Assembly (NCBI RefSeq): GCF_018350175.1
Contig: NC_058368.1
Location: 98,148,001 to 98,212,000, forward strand
Source of the DNA: Felis catus
Lineage: Eukaryota
Reading direction: 5' to 3'
DNA length: 64,000 nucleotides
Positions 35,962-49,964 of the stretch are shown here, piece by piece. The position numbers were made by a program, and so were the translations under genes. The first letter of the stretch is position 1. The number at the start of each line of letters is the position of its first letter. Below the pieces are notes generated by a model, which was not told the origin of the DNA, made no database searches, and saw only the letters and a program-made list of their open reading frames with translations.

Positions 35962-38479
35962 ATGTTTTTCGTTTCAATATAGCACCTTTCCTTTGCATAT
36001 AGCATCCACTGCCCCTTGGTGCCATGGTCACAAGTTAAATTTTATCATGTAACATTAATGTTAATATGTTCCTGTTACTATCCCTCCCACTTGTGCCAAA
36101 GAACAAGTAATGAAACACCCCTTCAGTTTCATAGTAAATACCTACATCATAGACTTTCTGAGTCTGAAGGTAAATCTGTGAAGGTTCATGGAATATAGCA
36201 ATTTGCTGAGTCAAGAATTTGAATCACATTAGCTAACAAATGAGCTAGTGAACCATTCGACATCCTTATCCATATGTGATCTTGATTTTCTTTGCCTGGA
36301 GTGGGATAGAAAATAACTCCTGTGAAATAGTTTAAGAAAGATTATTTTCACTTAGAAAATAGAACTTCAAAAAAATGTAAAAGTATTAAAAGCTGGAGTA
36401 TAAAATATGACTGTGGCTTACATCTATGATTTTTAGAACCACCAGATACTTCATTCATTAAATACATACTAATTGAACACCTCGCATGTGGAAGCCATCA
36501 GGATAAGTGCTAAGTATAGATGCTGAATAAAATGGGCATGATCCCTGCTCCTTTGAAGCTTGCTATCTATATTTGCTCCAGCTCAAAATAAGAAAAGAAG
36601 ATTCATCAAATTATTTCCGCCAACGCCCTACTTACTCATCAAGGGAGAAAGAAAATTGTGATGAAAGGTAAAATCTGCTTAATTTATGGTGTGAAAATAT
36701 GCACAGGAAACATGTGCCTTTAGTCAAAAGCGTGGCTCTTTAGAAAACCAGGTGCCTGTACAAGTTCTTTTCGTGAGGCAAACCTAAAAGAGCTAGCGTT
36801 TAGCAGAGGAATGATAAGGAAAGGTAAAGAAATATTTTTGCTGTGTATAAAATGAAGTTAACAGGAAAAAACATAAAAAAAAAAAATAAGGTAACCACAT
36901 TTCTGCAGAATTGCCATCTCCTGATCTGAAGAAACTAGTGTGCAGTTGGGGTTGTGCCCCAGAACGAGTGCTCAGTGTCTATTGGAGGAAAATGCCTTCT
37001 CACACATACATATGTCACACATACATATGTCATGGTTACTACACAGTCACAGCCCTACTCATTCATCAGCAGGTTCACTGTACATTCAAGGAGGTTGAAG
37101 GTTAATATAATAACAATGGTGAAACGAAAGACACTAGGAGATTTATGTTGCTAGCAGCAATCTGATTTTAAACTTCATAAACTGCCTTATTCCTTTATTT
37201 ATGTGGTTACTTAGACGTTTCATTTGCATTTTGTCTTATTAGAGATATATATAGGGCATGGAGATTCTGAAGAATTATCACTAAGATTGTCAAGAGACCT
37301 AATACTTGTACGTATATATTGCTGGTGAGTCCTGTCTTCCACCACTGCTGATACCTTGCAGCAGTCAGGCAAATGTGTACATCATGAATATTTAGAAATG
37401 TGCTTTAAAAAGCTTTACCAAAAATAAGTGCTAGTAACCTGCTTTGATGTTTTTAGGATTTTTGCATGTACCTTGCCAGGGCCTACTATGATTCAGTACG
37501 AATTAGTGATTTTTTTCTAGATTTTGGAAACCAGAGCAGTCTCTTGAGGAATGACTCCTTATTAGGGCTTATTTGTAATCCAGCCCAGGACACTCTTGAG
37601 ACCAAAAGGAGGAGCTATTAATAAATATGCCAAAGCAAGAGTTAGAAATGAGCAAACATTGACTTATGGTCACCCTAGCTGAGTTTTCAAACTATCTGAA
37701 ATACAAAGTCCAGGATATTTGCTTCTTGTGAGGCACAGAACAAAAATGAACACAAAAGGAGGAGGGGAAGACGCTGTCACAATGTGTGCAGATACATACA
37801 ATGTGTGCAGGCTCATGACTCAGCCACAGTGTATGTTCAACAGCTCGAACTACTAGAGAGGGTGGCAGCCACTGGGGAGGGGAGAGGCTCGAGGCGACAC
37901 ATCTCTGACACACACTGTTCCATAGCCCAAATACAGGCAGATCCCTCGTAGGCTCTCCTAGTTAATAACTCAGGAGTTCAGACTGAGTATGACATCAACT
38001 CATGAATCATGCGATCCCATAAAAGGAACAACCAGACCATGTGGGAGGAAGACCAGATTCTGCAGGGGCAAGGTGTGCCAGCTCACTCTAGAAATTGTGC
38101 CTTTAGAGGACTGCTTGGGGGAAATTCAGACTCGTATCTTTTGCCAATTATTTGTCCTTAAATACAGTTTATCCTCTACCTGGGTATCCACACTACTGAA
38201 CCTTTCTGTCACCAGGATTATCAATGTAACCCAAGGTCCTCTCTGTGATATACCCAGCAAGAGCTCATCTCTCATACCCAGGACCCTATCAATAAGTGCA
38301 CTTTCCCCACTAATGACCTATCAGAAATTCTTGGTTTTTGTCAAAAGGATGGGTGTTTATTCCTGGAACAGAGAGACATGACTGTATTTGAACAAATGAT
38401 TTGTGAGGATTATCTGTGCTACTGATCCACTACCAATATGGAAAATCACATATTTATAACACATATTCTTTCCCCCCTT

Positions 38480-38750
38480 TTGTTCATTCATTCATTTATT
38501 CAACCAATATTTGTGCCTATGGTGTATTAGGCATCGGGATCTGCTATAAAAACAAATGATACATAAAGCCCAGCATGGCTTCTGCCCTTGTAATACTTTC
38601 CACTTAGTGAAGGAGACAGACCACAAACAAGTAAACCTACAGGTGCAAGGCTATGGTCTGGGTCACTGGCAAATAAAACCGGCACATATTTAGATGGAGT
38701 CTTCAAAGGAGGCCCTAGGAGAAGGTGAAATTTCACTCAAGACCCAAAGG
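38480..38750 (-). mobile_element. L2 3' end
   Basis: ttcattcattcatttattcaaccaatatttgtgcctatg, the antisense L2 tail. Confidence 0.7.
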
Positions 38751-39028
38751 GAAAGAAAGTTTCCACTTGTTCTATTTTTTGTTACCATCCTTAGAGTCTC
38801 TCTCCCTCTCTCTCTCCCTGTCTTTCCTTTATTAAATTTCTAATCTCCAGTGTTGTGCTCTTTTGCTTTTGTTTTCTTTCTCATCCATATTTATTTGGTC
38901 ACCTTATTAATTTATTCTGTACTTTCACTCTCTCTTATCTTGGTCACTGTGTATGTGGCCTCTCAGAAAAAAAAAATCTTCAAGAAATACATCAGTTTTC
39001 TCTGGTATATGGAAATTCAAGTCACATC

Positions 39029-39245
39029 TTTTTATTTATTTTTATTTTTTTTAATGTTTATTTTCAAGAGAGACCGTGCAATTGGGGGAGGGAGAGAGAA
39101 AGGGAGACACAGAATCTGAAACAGGCTCCAGGCTCTGAGCTGTGAACACAGAGCCCAACACAGGGCTCGAACCCATGAGACGTGAGATCATGACCTGAGC
39201 CAAAGTCGGACGCTTAACCGACTGAGCCACCCAGGTGCTCTCCCC
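39029..39245 (-). mobile_element. Can-SINE
   Basis: Core motifs; TSD caagtcacatcttt. Confidence 0.95.
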
Positions 39246-39642
39246 AAGTCACATCTTTATTCATCATTAACCTCTTGTATGACCAGAAGTGTTTTTGAAA
39301 GAAAAATTGAATCAGTTAGTGAGGTTACTTGCTCTGCTTGTTCTTCTTCTTCTCTGGTTTAAAATCATGATGGGAGACATCTGAACACTAACAAAGCACC
39401 TTGCAACATCAGGTCAAGGCCTAAGAAGGTATTTCTAATCATTTTATGTAACCAATTCAACACATTCATTAAACTGTACCCAGTGGGAAACACAAGCATA
39501 GCCTTGTCCCTACAAGCTCAGAGCAGCAGAGCAATTTGCTTTCCTTACTATGTAACACAAATTTATCCAGGCTTCATTAGTCTACTGGTAATAAACGGCA
39601 TTCATAGTAATAGCACTACCTCTAATTTCACGAATTCTTATG

Positions 39643-39740
39643 TCTATATCTATATCTATATCTATATCTATATCTATATCTATCTATATCTAACTATATC
39701 TGTATCTGTATCTATCTCTATATCTAACTATATCTAATAT
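39643..39740. repeat. (TATATC)n microsatellite
   Basis: Direct. Confidence 0.95.
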
Positions 39741-40276
39741 CACGATTGCTGAAGCATGGCCTTGCACTCCATGCTGGGCCCCCATTAACAGTTCTGTACT
39801 GGCATCTGCCAGGTACACTATTGTGTTGCTCCCAGGTGACCCTAGTTTTGTGCAGTTTCTGGCAGGCCCTGGAGTCTCACAGGGAACATGAATCCTTCTA
39901 GTTTTGTACATAACCTCTCTTCCTAGTACCCAACATTGTTGCTGACCTCGCTTACTGTGCCTGATTCCTTCTTTCCTCAGCATGAGCCCTCGCCATAGAG
40001 GTACCTCAGGCCTCAGGTAGGCAGATGTGGGCTATCAGGTCACCTAATCAGTTGGCTACACTTGACTGAACCCAGCATGGTTGGTCTCTGCGTGTTCTGA
40101 CCACAGTACCCTTAGGCCTTTTAGAGCTGTCATCAAGAGTTAAGGGAGGTGCCATACACAGTGATGCTCAGCGTCCCCAGAGTTATCGGTCTCATGAACA
40201 GGGTTAAGGTAGAGCCTCTACATTTGGTATTAGCTCATTCCTCAACTTATGACTGGGGTTAAGTTCAGGCCTCCTC

Positions 40277-40316
40277 GGGCACCTGTGTGGCAAGCTGAGC
40301 TTGCAGCCTGCTTGAG

Positions 40317-40358
<42 letters not shown>

Positions 40359-40424
40359 CCTCTGCCCCTCCTCTGCTTACATGCACGTGCACTCTGTCTC
40401 AAAAATTAATAAACTTAAAAAAAA
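40277..40424 (+). mobile_element. Can-SINE with large internal deletion
   Basis: gggcacctgtgtggc joined directly to gcagcctgcttgagattctc, (CT)n, tail; flanks ggcctcct on both sides. Confidence 0.85.
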
Positions 40425-41039
40425 TCGGGCCTCCTTTGCATCTTCCATGCCCTTTATCAAAGGTCAAGAGGAAGACTATATAATAAGAGTAAGATCACAT
40501 CTCAAGATGGCTTTAAATATCATATTCACCCCTCTACCCAGTAGCCCTACAAGGAAACCAGAAAATCCAGACAGTCCCTAACCCCAAAACTCACCCCCTT
40601 ACCACAATCTATGTTGATTCTGGCAGGACTGATCTCATTGTCCCTTTATCCTTTGTAATGTTAACATGGAAGGTGGATTCCCGGAATATCATCCATCACT
40701 TGCACCCTGATCTCCACTAGCAGTTGGAAATAGCATCCCCCAACCCTTTCCCCCACCTGCACCTCAACATCTAAAACTCTTCCATTCTGCCCTCTGAACT
40801 TCACCCTTCATCATCATCATATCCCCTGCCTTAATTTTTCTGACTGTTCTCTTCATTTTCTGGCTCTAGTGAAAAGCTGATTGTCCCCTCAGGATACTCT
40901 TTCTTGTGCAAGCATAAAGTGCTTGGAATTTTTTTTTTCTTCTTTCTACAGTCTTTATAGCATTGGACTTGGAGGTCCAAGAGGACCTCACTGCCAATTC
41001 TACACCATTCTCCCTGTGACCTCGTGTTAGTAAATCCAG

Positions 41040-42250
41040 TGCTCCTTCTTAGTCTTCATTTTATGTCACCTTTCAGCCACACTTGGAATCAGTAATTTAC
41101 TCTTTGTCAATGTAATTTATTTCACTTGGAATCTAAAATGTCATTTCTTCTCCATTTCCAATTGAGATATATATATATATATGTATATATATATATTTTT
41201 TTTCCCCCCATTTCATCAGTCTCTTATGGAAGAAAAGCCCCATGGTCTCTTCTCGATAAACACTCATGTTCTTGATGATTTCATGGAGTTTCATGGCTGT
41301 AAATTATGTAAGATATAGATAGGAAGATCTGTCTCCACCCAGATGTCATTTCTGAATTCCAATCTTGTATATTCAGTAATCCTCTTAATAGCTTTACTTG
41401 GTTGTCTAAAAGATATCTTATTTCAAAATTACTATATCCAGAATTGAACTGTGGATCTTACCTTACAAACCTGCTCTACCTACAACTTTTTCTTTTCTCA
41501 GTTGAAGGCAATTGCATAGCAGCAGTTATTCAGATCAAAATTCCTGGAGTCATGGTTGCTTCCTTACTTTCCTTCACAGCCCATATCCAAAATTCCAGCA
41601 TGTTCTGTTGGCTCTGCCCTCAAAATATAACTGGACCCTGACCACTTGTAACTTCATTTATTGCTACCACCCTAGTTCCATCCTGTATCATTCCTAGCGT
41701 CGATTTCTGTTTTTCCCTTTGCTCCTCTGTCTCTTCTCAATTCTGGAGCCAGAATGATCCTTGTAAAATGTAAGTCATATAATACCTGTAGTTCCTTTGT
41801 TCAAAATCCTCCAGTGGGTTCCCATTTTTCTCAGAGCAAAATCCAATGTCCCTGATGGTCTGTACAGACTTACCTGGCATAGCCCCCATATCTCTCTGAC
41901 TTCATCTAATTTTCTCTCCCCTGCCATAAGACAGACACACTCCAAAGTAGAGTCTTGCATTCTTTCCTTTCCTTAGAAGTTCATGCTCTTGATTGCCACA
42001 TGGCTAATCCCCTCACTTCCTTTATACTTTTTGTTCAAATTATCTCCTCAATGAGGCCTATTTTACCATTGTATTTCAAATTTAACCTGTACCCCAATAC
42101 CAGGCCACACTTCTGATTCCCTTTGCTCTGGTCTCAGGACAGAGTTTTTGTTTTGTTTTGTTTTGTTTTGTTCACTGAGATAGTCCCAAGTCCTCCACAC
42201 AGTGTATGGAATATTGTATATGCTCGACAAATATCTGTTCAACTGAGTTA
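41040..42250 (+). mobile_element. L2 fragment(s)
   Basis: acttggttgtctaaaagatatctt..tcaaaat; cttggagtcat-like motifs; ends ctcgacaaatatctgttcaactga. Confidence 0.7.
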
Positions 42251-42516
42251 AATCTGGGAACCTAAAAAAATTACAGTAAAATATGGTATATGTACATATT
42301 TCAGAAGGCTAAATAGGATATTCCAGAGATAAGGACAAAGGAGATTTTATTTTTCCTAGAAGCATTGTGTGAAGCTTTATAAAGAGGTAGAAAATGAGGC
42401 AGAGTCTTACAGGTGGGTAAGATTTTTTTTTTTTTTGTTAGTGATGATGATGAGAAAAAACATTCCAGAATAAGATAAAGGATTCAACAAAAATTGGAGA
42501 ACAAAAAACCCACAGG

Positions 42517-42521
42517 AAAAA

Positions 42522-42577
<56 letters not shown>
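42517..42577. repeat. A-run plus (TA)n microsatellite
   Basis: Direct. Confidence 0.95.
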
Positions 42578-42579
<2 letters not shown>

Positions 42580-43588
42580 AAAGTATTTTGGGTTAGCTAA
42601 AATGTAGAATTTGGGAGTAGGAAAATTTGAGACATACTACTGGAAAAACAGAATAGGATTTTATAGTCAGTGGATTTTAACATGACAAGCAAAGTTTAGA
42701 CAAGATTCTATATGCGGTATGGAGCTGATAAAGGATTTTAAAAACAGAAAAGATAAAACTAAACTGGGGTTGTGTACTGGAGTATGGAGAAAAGGGAAAC
42801 AGACTATTCTGGATAGTTGTTGCAATTTTCTGTTTGAGAGATTATGAGGTACTTAACTGTAGGAGATTTTTTTTTTTAAAGAGGCTATAAGCTTGGTATA
42901 CTCAGAGGAAGAGGAATTTAAAAATCTTGGATGTTACATAACTGGAAAATATGAGAGAAATGGAGATGACAGGGTTTCTATTGAGTGACTTTAAGCATAA
43001 TAGAGAAAATAAGATGGATAAGATATATAAGAGATAACTTTGATTTGGAAGTATATTTGAGAAATCCAAGAAAAAATTAGATATATGTGTTTGTGGTTCA
43101 GGAAAGGACTTAAAGCTGGAACTGTATATTTGTGATTTTATGCTTAATGAACACAACGACAAAGCTGTTGAATTTACATGGGTTCAGAATTTACAAAGGG
43201 AAGCAAATAATGTAGAAGGAAGTATGTTGGAAATACTTAAAGAGGTAGGGAGAATGGTGTCATAATGCACTTGAAGGAGAGGGAGAAGAAATGGAAGTAG
43301 GAGAAAAGAAAGTGTAGTCAGGGAGGAAATGTCACTGTTCCAGATCTCTGATGGGTGAGATCTGATTGAAAAAACTCATTATGCTGAATGAAGAATAGAT
43401 AGAGATCATCAGAGTGGAAGACCCAAAAGACTGGTAGGATTAGAGGGATCAGGAGTCATTAAAATGCATGCTGACCTCAGAAAGAACAATAGTGAGAGTT
43501 TGGGTGAAGAGTAAGACCTATGTAACCATAATGTATTAGGGCTATGAATGCAGAACGTACCACACAAGTGATAGAAAAATGTGGTTTA

Positions 43589-43802
43589 GGGCGCCTGGGT
43601 GGCTCAGTCAGTTGGCGGCCGACTTCGGCTCAGGTCATGATCTCTCGGTCTGTGAGTTCGAGCCCTGCGTCGGGCTCTGTGCTGACGGCTCAGAGCCTGG
43701 AGCCTGTTTCGGATTCTGTGTCTCCCTCTCTCTCTGACCTTCCCCCATTCATGCTCTGTCTCTCTCTGTCTCAAAAATGAATAAACGTTAAAAAAAATTA
43801 AA
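43589..43802 (+). mobile_element. Young Can-SINE
   Basis: CpG-rich body; TSD aaaaatgtggttta. Confidence 0.96.
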
Positions 43803-43864
43803 AAAAATGTGGTTTATATCTCTGTAATTACTTAAGCAGATGATACAGAAGTATCAAACAGCTT

Positions 43865-43987
43865 TTATATTTTTATTTTTTGTGAGATTTTATTTTTAAG
43901 CCAGCCATACACGCAACGCAGGACTCAAACTCACCACCCCAAGATCAACAGATGCATGCTGTACTGAATGAGCCAGCCAGGCACCCA
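43865..43987 (-). mobile_element. Older short Can-SINE
   Basis: tgagccagccaggcaccc end; TSD cagctttt. Confidence 0.8.
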
Positions 43988-44249
43988 GCTTTTTAGATTA
44001 ATGGTCTAACAAATATATTCAATGATGGTGCTCTGAATGGGTTGCAGGGTCCTACAATAAGTCAAGTATATGAGAAAATAAATTAGCTACCTGTAGAATT
44101 GTAAGGAAAAATTACCATCCACTGGCCTTGAGTGATCATATATTCAAAAGTCGAAGTTTTGTGTCATATGATTTAATTTCTTATGTTGTGTTTCATTTAT
44201 ATGAAATAATGAGACTTTCTTAGTGGGATAGGAATAAATACTATAAAAA

Positions 44250-44660
44250 ATGATGATAGATGGACATAGAAGGTATTAGGATAAGTTAAATAAGTCAGAC
44301 AGAGAAGGGCAAATAATGTATCATTTCACTTATATGTAGAATCTAAAAAAAAACCCAAAAAACCCAAAAAACAAAACAGAAGAAATAAACTCTTGGTTAC
44401 TAGAGGGAGAAAGGATGGGGGAGGAACTGGCAAAAGAGGTAATGGGGTTAAGAGGTACAGACTTCCAGCTATAAAATAAATAAGTCTTGAGGATTTAATA
44501 TACTCAACAATGTTGTGGCAACTTTGTATGGTGACAGATGGTAACTAGATTTATCACGGTGAACATTTTGTAATATATAAAAATATTGAATCATGATGAT
44601 GTACACCTGAATCCAGTAGGATATTGTATGTCAATTAAACTTCAATAAAGAAGAAAAGAA
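44250..44660 (+). mobile_element. L1MA-like 3' end
   Basis: ataagtcagacagagaagggcaaat..tcacttatatgtagaatctaaa..gtacacctgaa..gtatgtcaatta. Confidence 0.85.
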
Positions 44661-44894
44661 AAGGAATTTGATAGTGATTAATGCTTTCCATTACATTCAG
44701 AACCTAGGTTCAATTATAGCTTTAGAGACAGAAGCAGAGAATGTCCACAAAAGATGCACCAATATTTTCACATATTTTAAAAGTCCCAGATTTTCATTAT
44801 ATGAGCATTTCACTTATACTTCTCTTCTCTGTATCTATTTTAAATTACTATATCTATTGTAAATTATTAGGTTATTTTTAAGTAAAGAATTTTA

Positions 44895-45166
44895 TGCTTT
44901 TATTTTATTTTATTTTTAAAATATAATTTATTGTCAAATTGGCTTACATACAACACCCAGTGCTCATCCCAACAAGCCCCCTCTTCAATGCCCATCACCC
45001 ATTTCCCCCTCCCTCCCCATCCCCCATCCACCCTCAGTTTGTTCTCTGTATTTAAGAGTCACTTGTGGTTTGCCTCCCTCCCTCTCTGTTTGTAACTATT
45101 TTTTCCCCTTCCCTTCCCCCTATGGTCTTCTATTAAGTTTTCACTTGTATGTGGATCTTGAGAAAC
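44895..45166 (-). mobile_element. Short carnivore L1 3' end with 5' inversion
   Basis: Perfect 17-bp TSD ttaagtaaagaatttta (44878-44894, 45167-45183); inverted segment about 45139-45170. Confidence 0.9.
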
Positions 45167-47629
45167 TTAAGTAAAGAATTTTAAAAGAAACGTTTCATCT
45201 TTGTTCTCTATAAAAGTCATTGGCCAAACTTTTATATGTGTGTATATATGTATTATATACATACATATATAAATAATATTATATATATATATTTATATAT
45301 CATAAATTCATTTTCTATTTGATGTCTTAGCATTAAACCACATGATTCTGTATATAATGAATGATGATTTTATAACTGGCACTGGCATCTATCTCTCCAA
45401 AAGAATATCTTAACTTAAATATTAAGACATCATGTTAAAATGTAAGAGACACAGGCAGCATCATAGCTAATTAACATTATAAGGTGAGAACTGGAGAGGA
45501 TGATCAATGATCTAAGGATAATTCTGAGTTGTCAAAAATTTTTAAAAAATTTAAACAGCAGAACAATCCTTCTGCACTTTTTCTCTTCCCTCACTCTACC
45601 GATGCAATGTGCTATCAGTCTCTAGCACCCAAGGCAATCCTTAAACCTCGGATGAACGTATAGGGATTGTCTTTAAAACTTTTCGTTTGTGATTATTTTG
45701 CCCTCAAACACAGGAAATGGGTGTAGCCAGTTATTAAGCATGTTTGCGTAGCACGTGTTCTGTTGTGACTATCTTGCCTTAAGAGAAGACGTGGGAGTTT
45801 TGAGTTGTCAGGTTCATTTTAGTCCTGAATACATGGCTTTAAGTAAACAGGCATGTGCTTGCATTTGTCAGCAATTCCTAAAAATAAATGTGTGCTTCAT
45901 TTTTGGTATGGCTCTATTTCACCTCACTAAGAAGTCAGAGGTTAATGAGCTGATAAAAAATGTACCTTCCACTTCTGGTGATTGAAGTAGAAAAGACACT
46001 CAGAGAAGATCAAAACTTGTAAAAAGAGCAGAGCTGAACCAAAGGGCCCAATCTCTTGTTCTGGAACTTGTTGCAGATCAAAATGAACTCTCCCACATTT
46101 GGATGAATGTTAGGACATGACCCACTAAAACAGGTTCAGTCCAATGAAATTACTGACCATCACAGTCATGGCCATGGCACCTAGAGGCAGACTACTGGCC
46201 CCTGCCTGAAAATAGATTTATCCCTGCAGGGGAAAGAACAAACTAGAGGATCCCATTTTGAATTCTGTATATTATCATCCATATTCTAGTAGGCAAGGGT
46301 CTTATCCAAATATTGAGAAAAGTGAGTGGTTGCATTTGCCTGAATGCCTTGGCTTACACAGATTGAAAGAAAGGAGGTTTCTGTGATTGGAACATCCATT
46401 AGAGTGCCCTCCAAAGTCATCAGGATTGTGACTTAATTTTTGATACCACATGGCAATGAGGTCAGTGGTGTAATTAGTACACAAAAGAGCTCTGTGCTTC
46501 CTAAGGGCTTCTATAATTGCATGTGGCTCTATAAGCAACAGGGACCAACTTGAGCGATTGCAAAAACTATACCTATGTTTAGTGAAGCTGGTCTGGAGAC
46601 TCTTGGATCAGCCCTGATTCCTATTTATGAGCTGGCTTCATATTCTGAGAGTACAGTCCTTCCATTTTTCACAATTTACTTGTAAAACCCAGCCACGTGA
46701 AGGGGTAACTCTAACAACAAGCTTTTCTCAGCAACAAGAATTTTTATTAAACTCTTTCCTCTGCTTTTACAAAAGTTAGAAATCCTACTCAAAGGAAAAT
46801 TTAGGATTTTTCTAATCACAAAAATGAAAATGAAGTATCTATATATCCCCAGGACTAAAGAGCTCTTTCAAGAGTAGAGCACAATGTTTCATACCTGAAA
46901 ATTATTTCATTACACAGCAGTGATATTAATCTTGCCTGCTTCTTCACCAAACTTGAATGATAAGGGATCCTGTTTGTTGCTTCATTATAATGTATTCTTC
47001 CACAGTGAGCCAAAGATACATGTCAAGCTTGAAGTAGAGGTTCATTTACCTTCATGTACTTTGTAGGGAAAGCCTTTCTGATGAGTATGTAAGATGCCAT
47101 CAGAATTAATTATTAAATGGATGAATGAATTTTAAAATGAGGTTATAATTCATTGACTAGATTCCCGTTCACCATTTTTCAGTTAGGGTGGGCCTGTTCC
47201 ATCTTGGATTAACATTCTTCTTTCTCCTTAATTGATCTCTTGTCATCCTTGAACAAAAAGTCATTTGTTAGCGCAGGAAGCAAAATTAAACAAGGAGTAG
47301 ACAGATGTTGAAGGATTCTGTCTCATAGGACCCATGGCACTGCAGGGACATGAAATGGAAATTGCAGTGGACAGAAATGGAACACATACACACACACCAC
47401 ACCATGTTGGGATTATGTTAATCAGAGTTGATATTCAAAATATGTAACAACTCGTAGAGCATGGAACTAACTACCAGAATGAATGAAATGCCTAATCTGA
47501 ATGACATAGCCTGCTGATATAGTCCTATTGATAAATTTGGATTGAATATTAGCTTTGAAGAATATGATTTGTTCTCATCTTTAATTTACTTTGAAATTAA
47601 AATATTATAACTGAGAAACAGGAAATTCT

Positions 47630-48779
47630 TTTTTTAAATCTTACTTTATTTTTTATTTTTTAATTTTTTACAAAAATTTTTTATTGTTTAATTTACATCC
47701 AAGTTAGTTAGCATATGGTGCAACAATGATTTCAGGAGCAGATTCCTTAATGTCCCTTACCCATTTAGAGTATCCCCCCTCCCAGAACCCTTCCAGCAAC
47801 TCTATTTGTTTTCTGTTTTGAAGAGTCTTTTCTGTTTTGTCCCCCTCCCTGTTTTTATATTATTTTTGCCTCCCTTCCCTTATGTTCCTCTGTTTTGTAT
47901 CTTAAATTCCTCATATGAGTGAAGTCATATGATCTTTGTCTTTCTCTGACTAATTTCGCTTAGCATATTACCCTCCAGTTCCATCCACGTAGTTGCAAAT
48001 GGCAAGGTTTCATTCTTTTTGATTGCTGAGTAATACTCCATTCTATCTATATATACCACATCTTCTTTAACCATTCATCCATTGATGGACATTTGGGCTC
48101 TTTCCATACTTTGGCTTTTGTCAATAGCCCTGCTATAAACATTGTATCCCTTTGGTAAATACCTAGTAGTGCAATTGCTGGGCCTTGGGGTAGTTCTATT
48201 TTTAATTTTTTGAGGAACCTCCATACTATTTTCCAGAGTGGCTGCACCAGTTTGCATTCCCACCAGCAGTGCAAAAGAGATCCCTTTTCTCTGTATCCTC
48301 ACCAATATCTGTTGTTGCCTGAGTTGTTAATGTGAGCCATTCTGACAGGTGTGAAGTGGTATCTCATTATGGTTTTGATTTGTATTTCCCTGTTGATGAG
48401 TGATGGTGAGCATTTTTTCATGTGTCGGTTGGCCATCTGGATGTCTTCTCTGGAGAAGTGTCTATTCATGTCTTTTGCCCATTTCTTCACTGGATTATTT
48501 GTTTTTTTGGGTGTTGAGTTTGATAAGTTCTTTATAGATTTTGGATACTAACCCTTTATCTGATATGTCATTTGCAAAAATCTTCTCCCATTCTGTCAGC
48601 TGCCTTTTAGTTTTGCTGATGGTTTCCTTTGCTGTGCAGAAGCTTTTTATTTTGATGAGGTCCCAGTAGTTCATTTTTGCTTTTGTTTCCCTTGCCTCCG
48701 GAGACACGTTGGGTAAGAAGTTGCTACGACCAAGATCAAGGAGGTTTTTGCCTACTTTCTCCTGGAGGACTTTGATGAT
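47630..48779 (-). mobile_element. 5'-truncated felid L1 (ORF2 C-terminus plus 3' UTR)
   Basis: Translation [14 protein letters not shown] and [12 protein letters not shown]; 15-bp TSD gaa(a/g)caggaaattct at 47615-47629 and 48780-48794. Confidence 0.95.
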
Positions 48780-49964
48780 GAAGCAGGAAATTCTATAATT
48801 CCGTAATCTTTGTTGATATTTTCAGTATAAACTGGGAGAAGCAACCCCAAAGACTACAGGTGCAAGGCAGGAATAAAAAGGCTAGAAGTACAGAAGACAG
48901 CTGGGAGTAGTGAAGTATAAAACAGGAAAGTATTTTCCCAAACGAAAAATCCTGAAATTCAAATATCTGTATTCTCAGATTTTGTCTTTGATTTAAACTC
49001 ATGAGTGTGTCCAATAAATATCTTCACATGTTGTGATGTTTTCCAATCTAACCAGCTACTTCTGAAATACACTGCATTTCTCATAATGGACTATGTCATT
49101 ATGTCAAGAAATGATATCATTTATAAATTTAAAATAATGAAAATCAAACACAACAATTTCCCTAATGTGTCTCTTACAGTATAATCTGAAAGGCCAGAGA
49201 CCATGTCTTTTGCCATCTTTATACCTAGTATGTTGTTTCTCAATCTATATGTTATCCAATGCAGAATGAATAGTTATTTTTTTCTGTTTGTTTATTCTTT
49301 TACTATTTTAACATAAGAAGGTTTTAATTTTTCTGAGTGAATGATAATAAAATAGAAATAGAAGGCTACTTAATTAAAGCCATTATAAATCATGAAGGGT
49401 AACAGAAAAGTGGGACATTGTTAATAAATTATAGGTCAAATTACTCAAAACTTATACCACAAACAGTTGCTTTACCTTCTCAGAAGTTTGCCAGTTTCAT
49501 ATGACAAAAAGTATCCTTGAACATCCTGAAACCCACAAAGGTACCCAGAATGAACAAATCATCATATCATTCATTTGTTCAATGGGATTGTCTGAGAACT
49601 GTAACAAATTGGTTTAGAACAGGGTGAAATCGATGCAAAAATCCCTTGAATATGCCTCAATACTAAAGGGACTTCAAGAAAATTCTTTCATTTATAGAAT
49701 TAGGTGAAGAAACACAATTCAGGATGGACCACAGGAACAGACTATAGCACTCATTTCCCCTTAAGCTTGATAATTCTCCAGCAAACTGTGCACAAGGGAT
49801 GATTCCTTGAGACTGTGTATATATTAGAGAAAAGTATAATATGTATTATACAGAACAAGTTCTCTAAACCAAAAAATCTGAACATTTCTTTATTCAATCC
49901 CAATGTCATGCTTTGTGTATCTCAAACCTCAAATGTATAATTTTGCGGCTAAAAATTAATTCAA

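Noticed and set aside
37000..37032. 15-bp tandem duplication tcacacatacatatg
   Set aside because: Low-complexity slippage with no functional context.
43589..43670. tRNA-like A/B box sequence
   Set aside because: tRNA-derived head of a Can-SINE, not a tRNA gene.
46302..46538. 78-aa minus ORF in unique DNA
   Set aside because: Non-ATG start, no convincing splice boundaries, no homology I can recognise.
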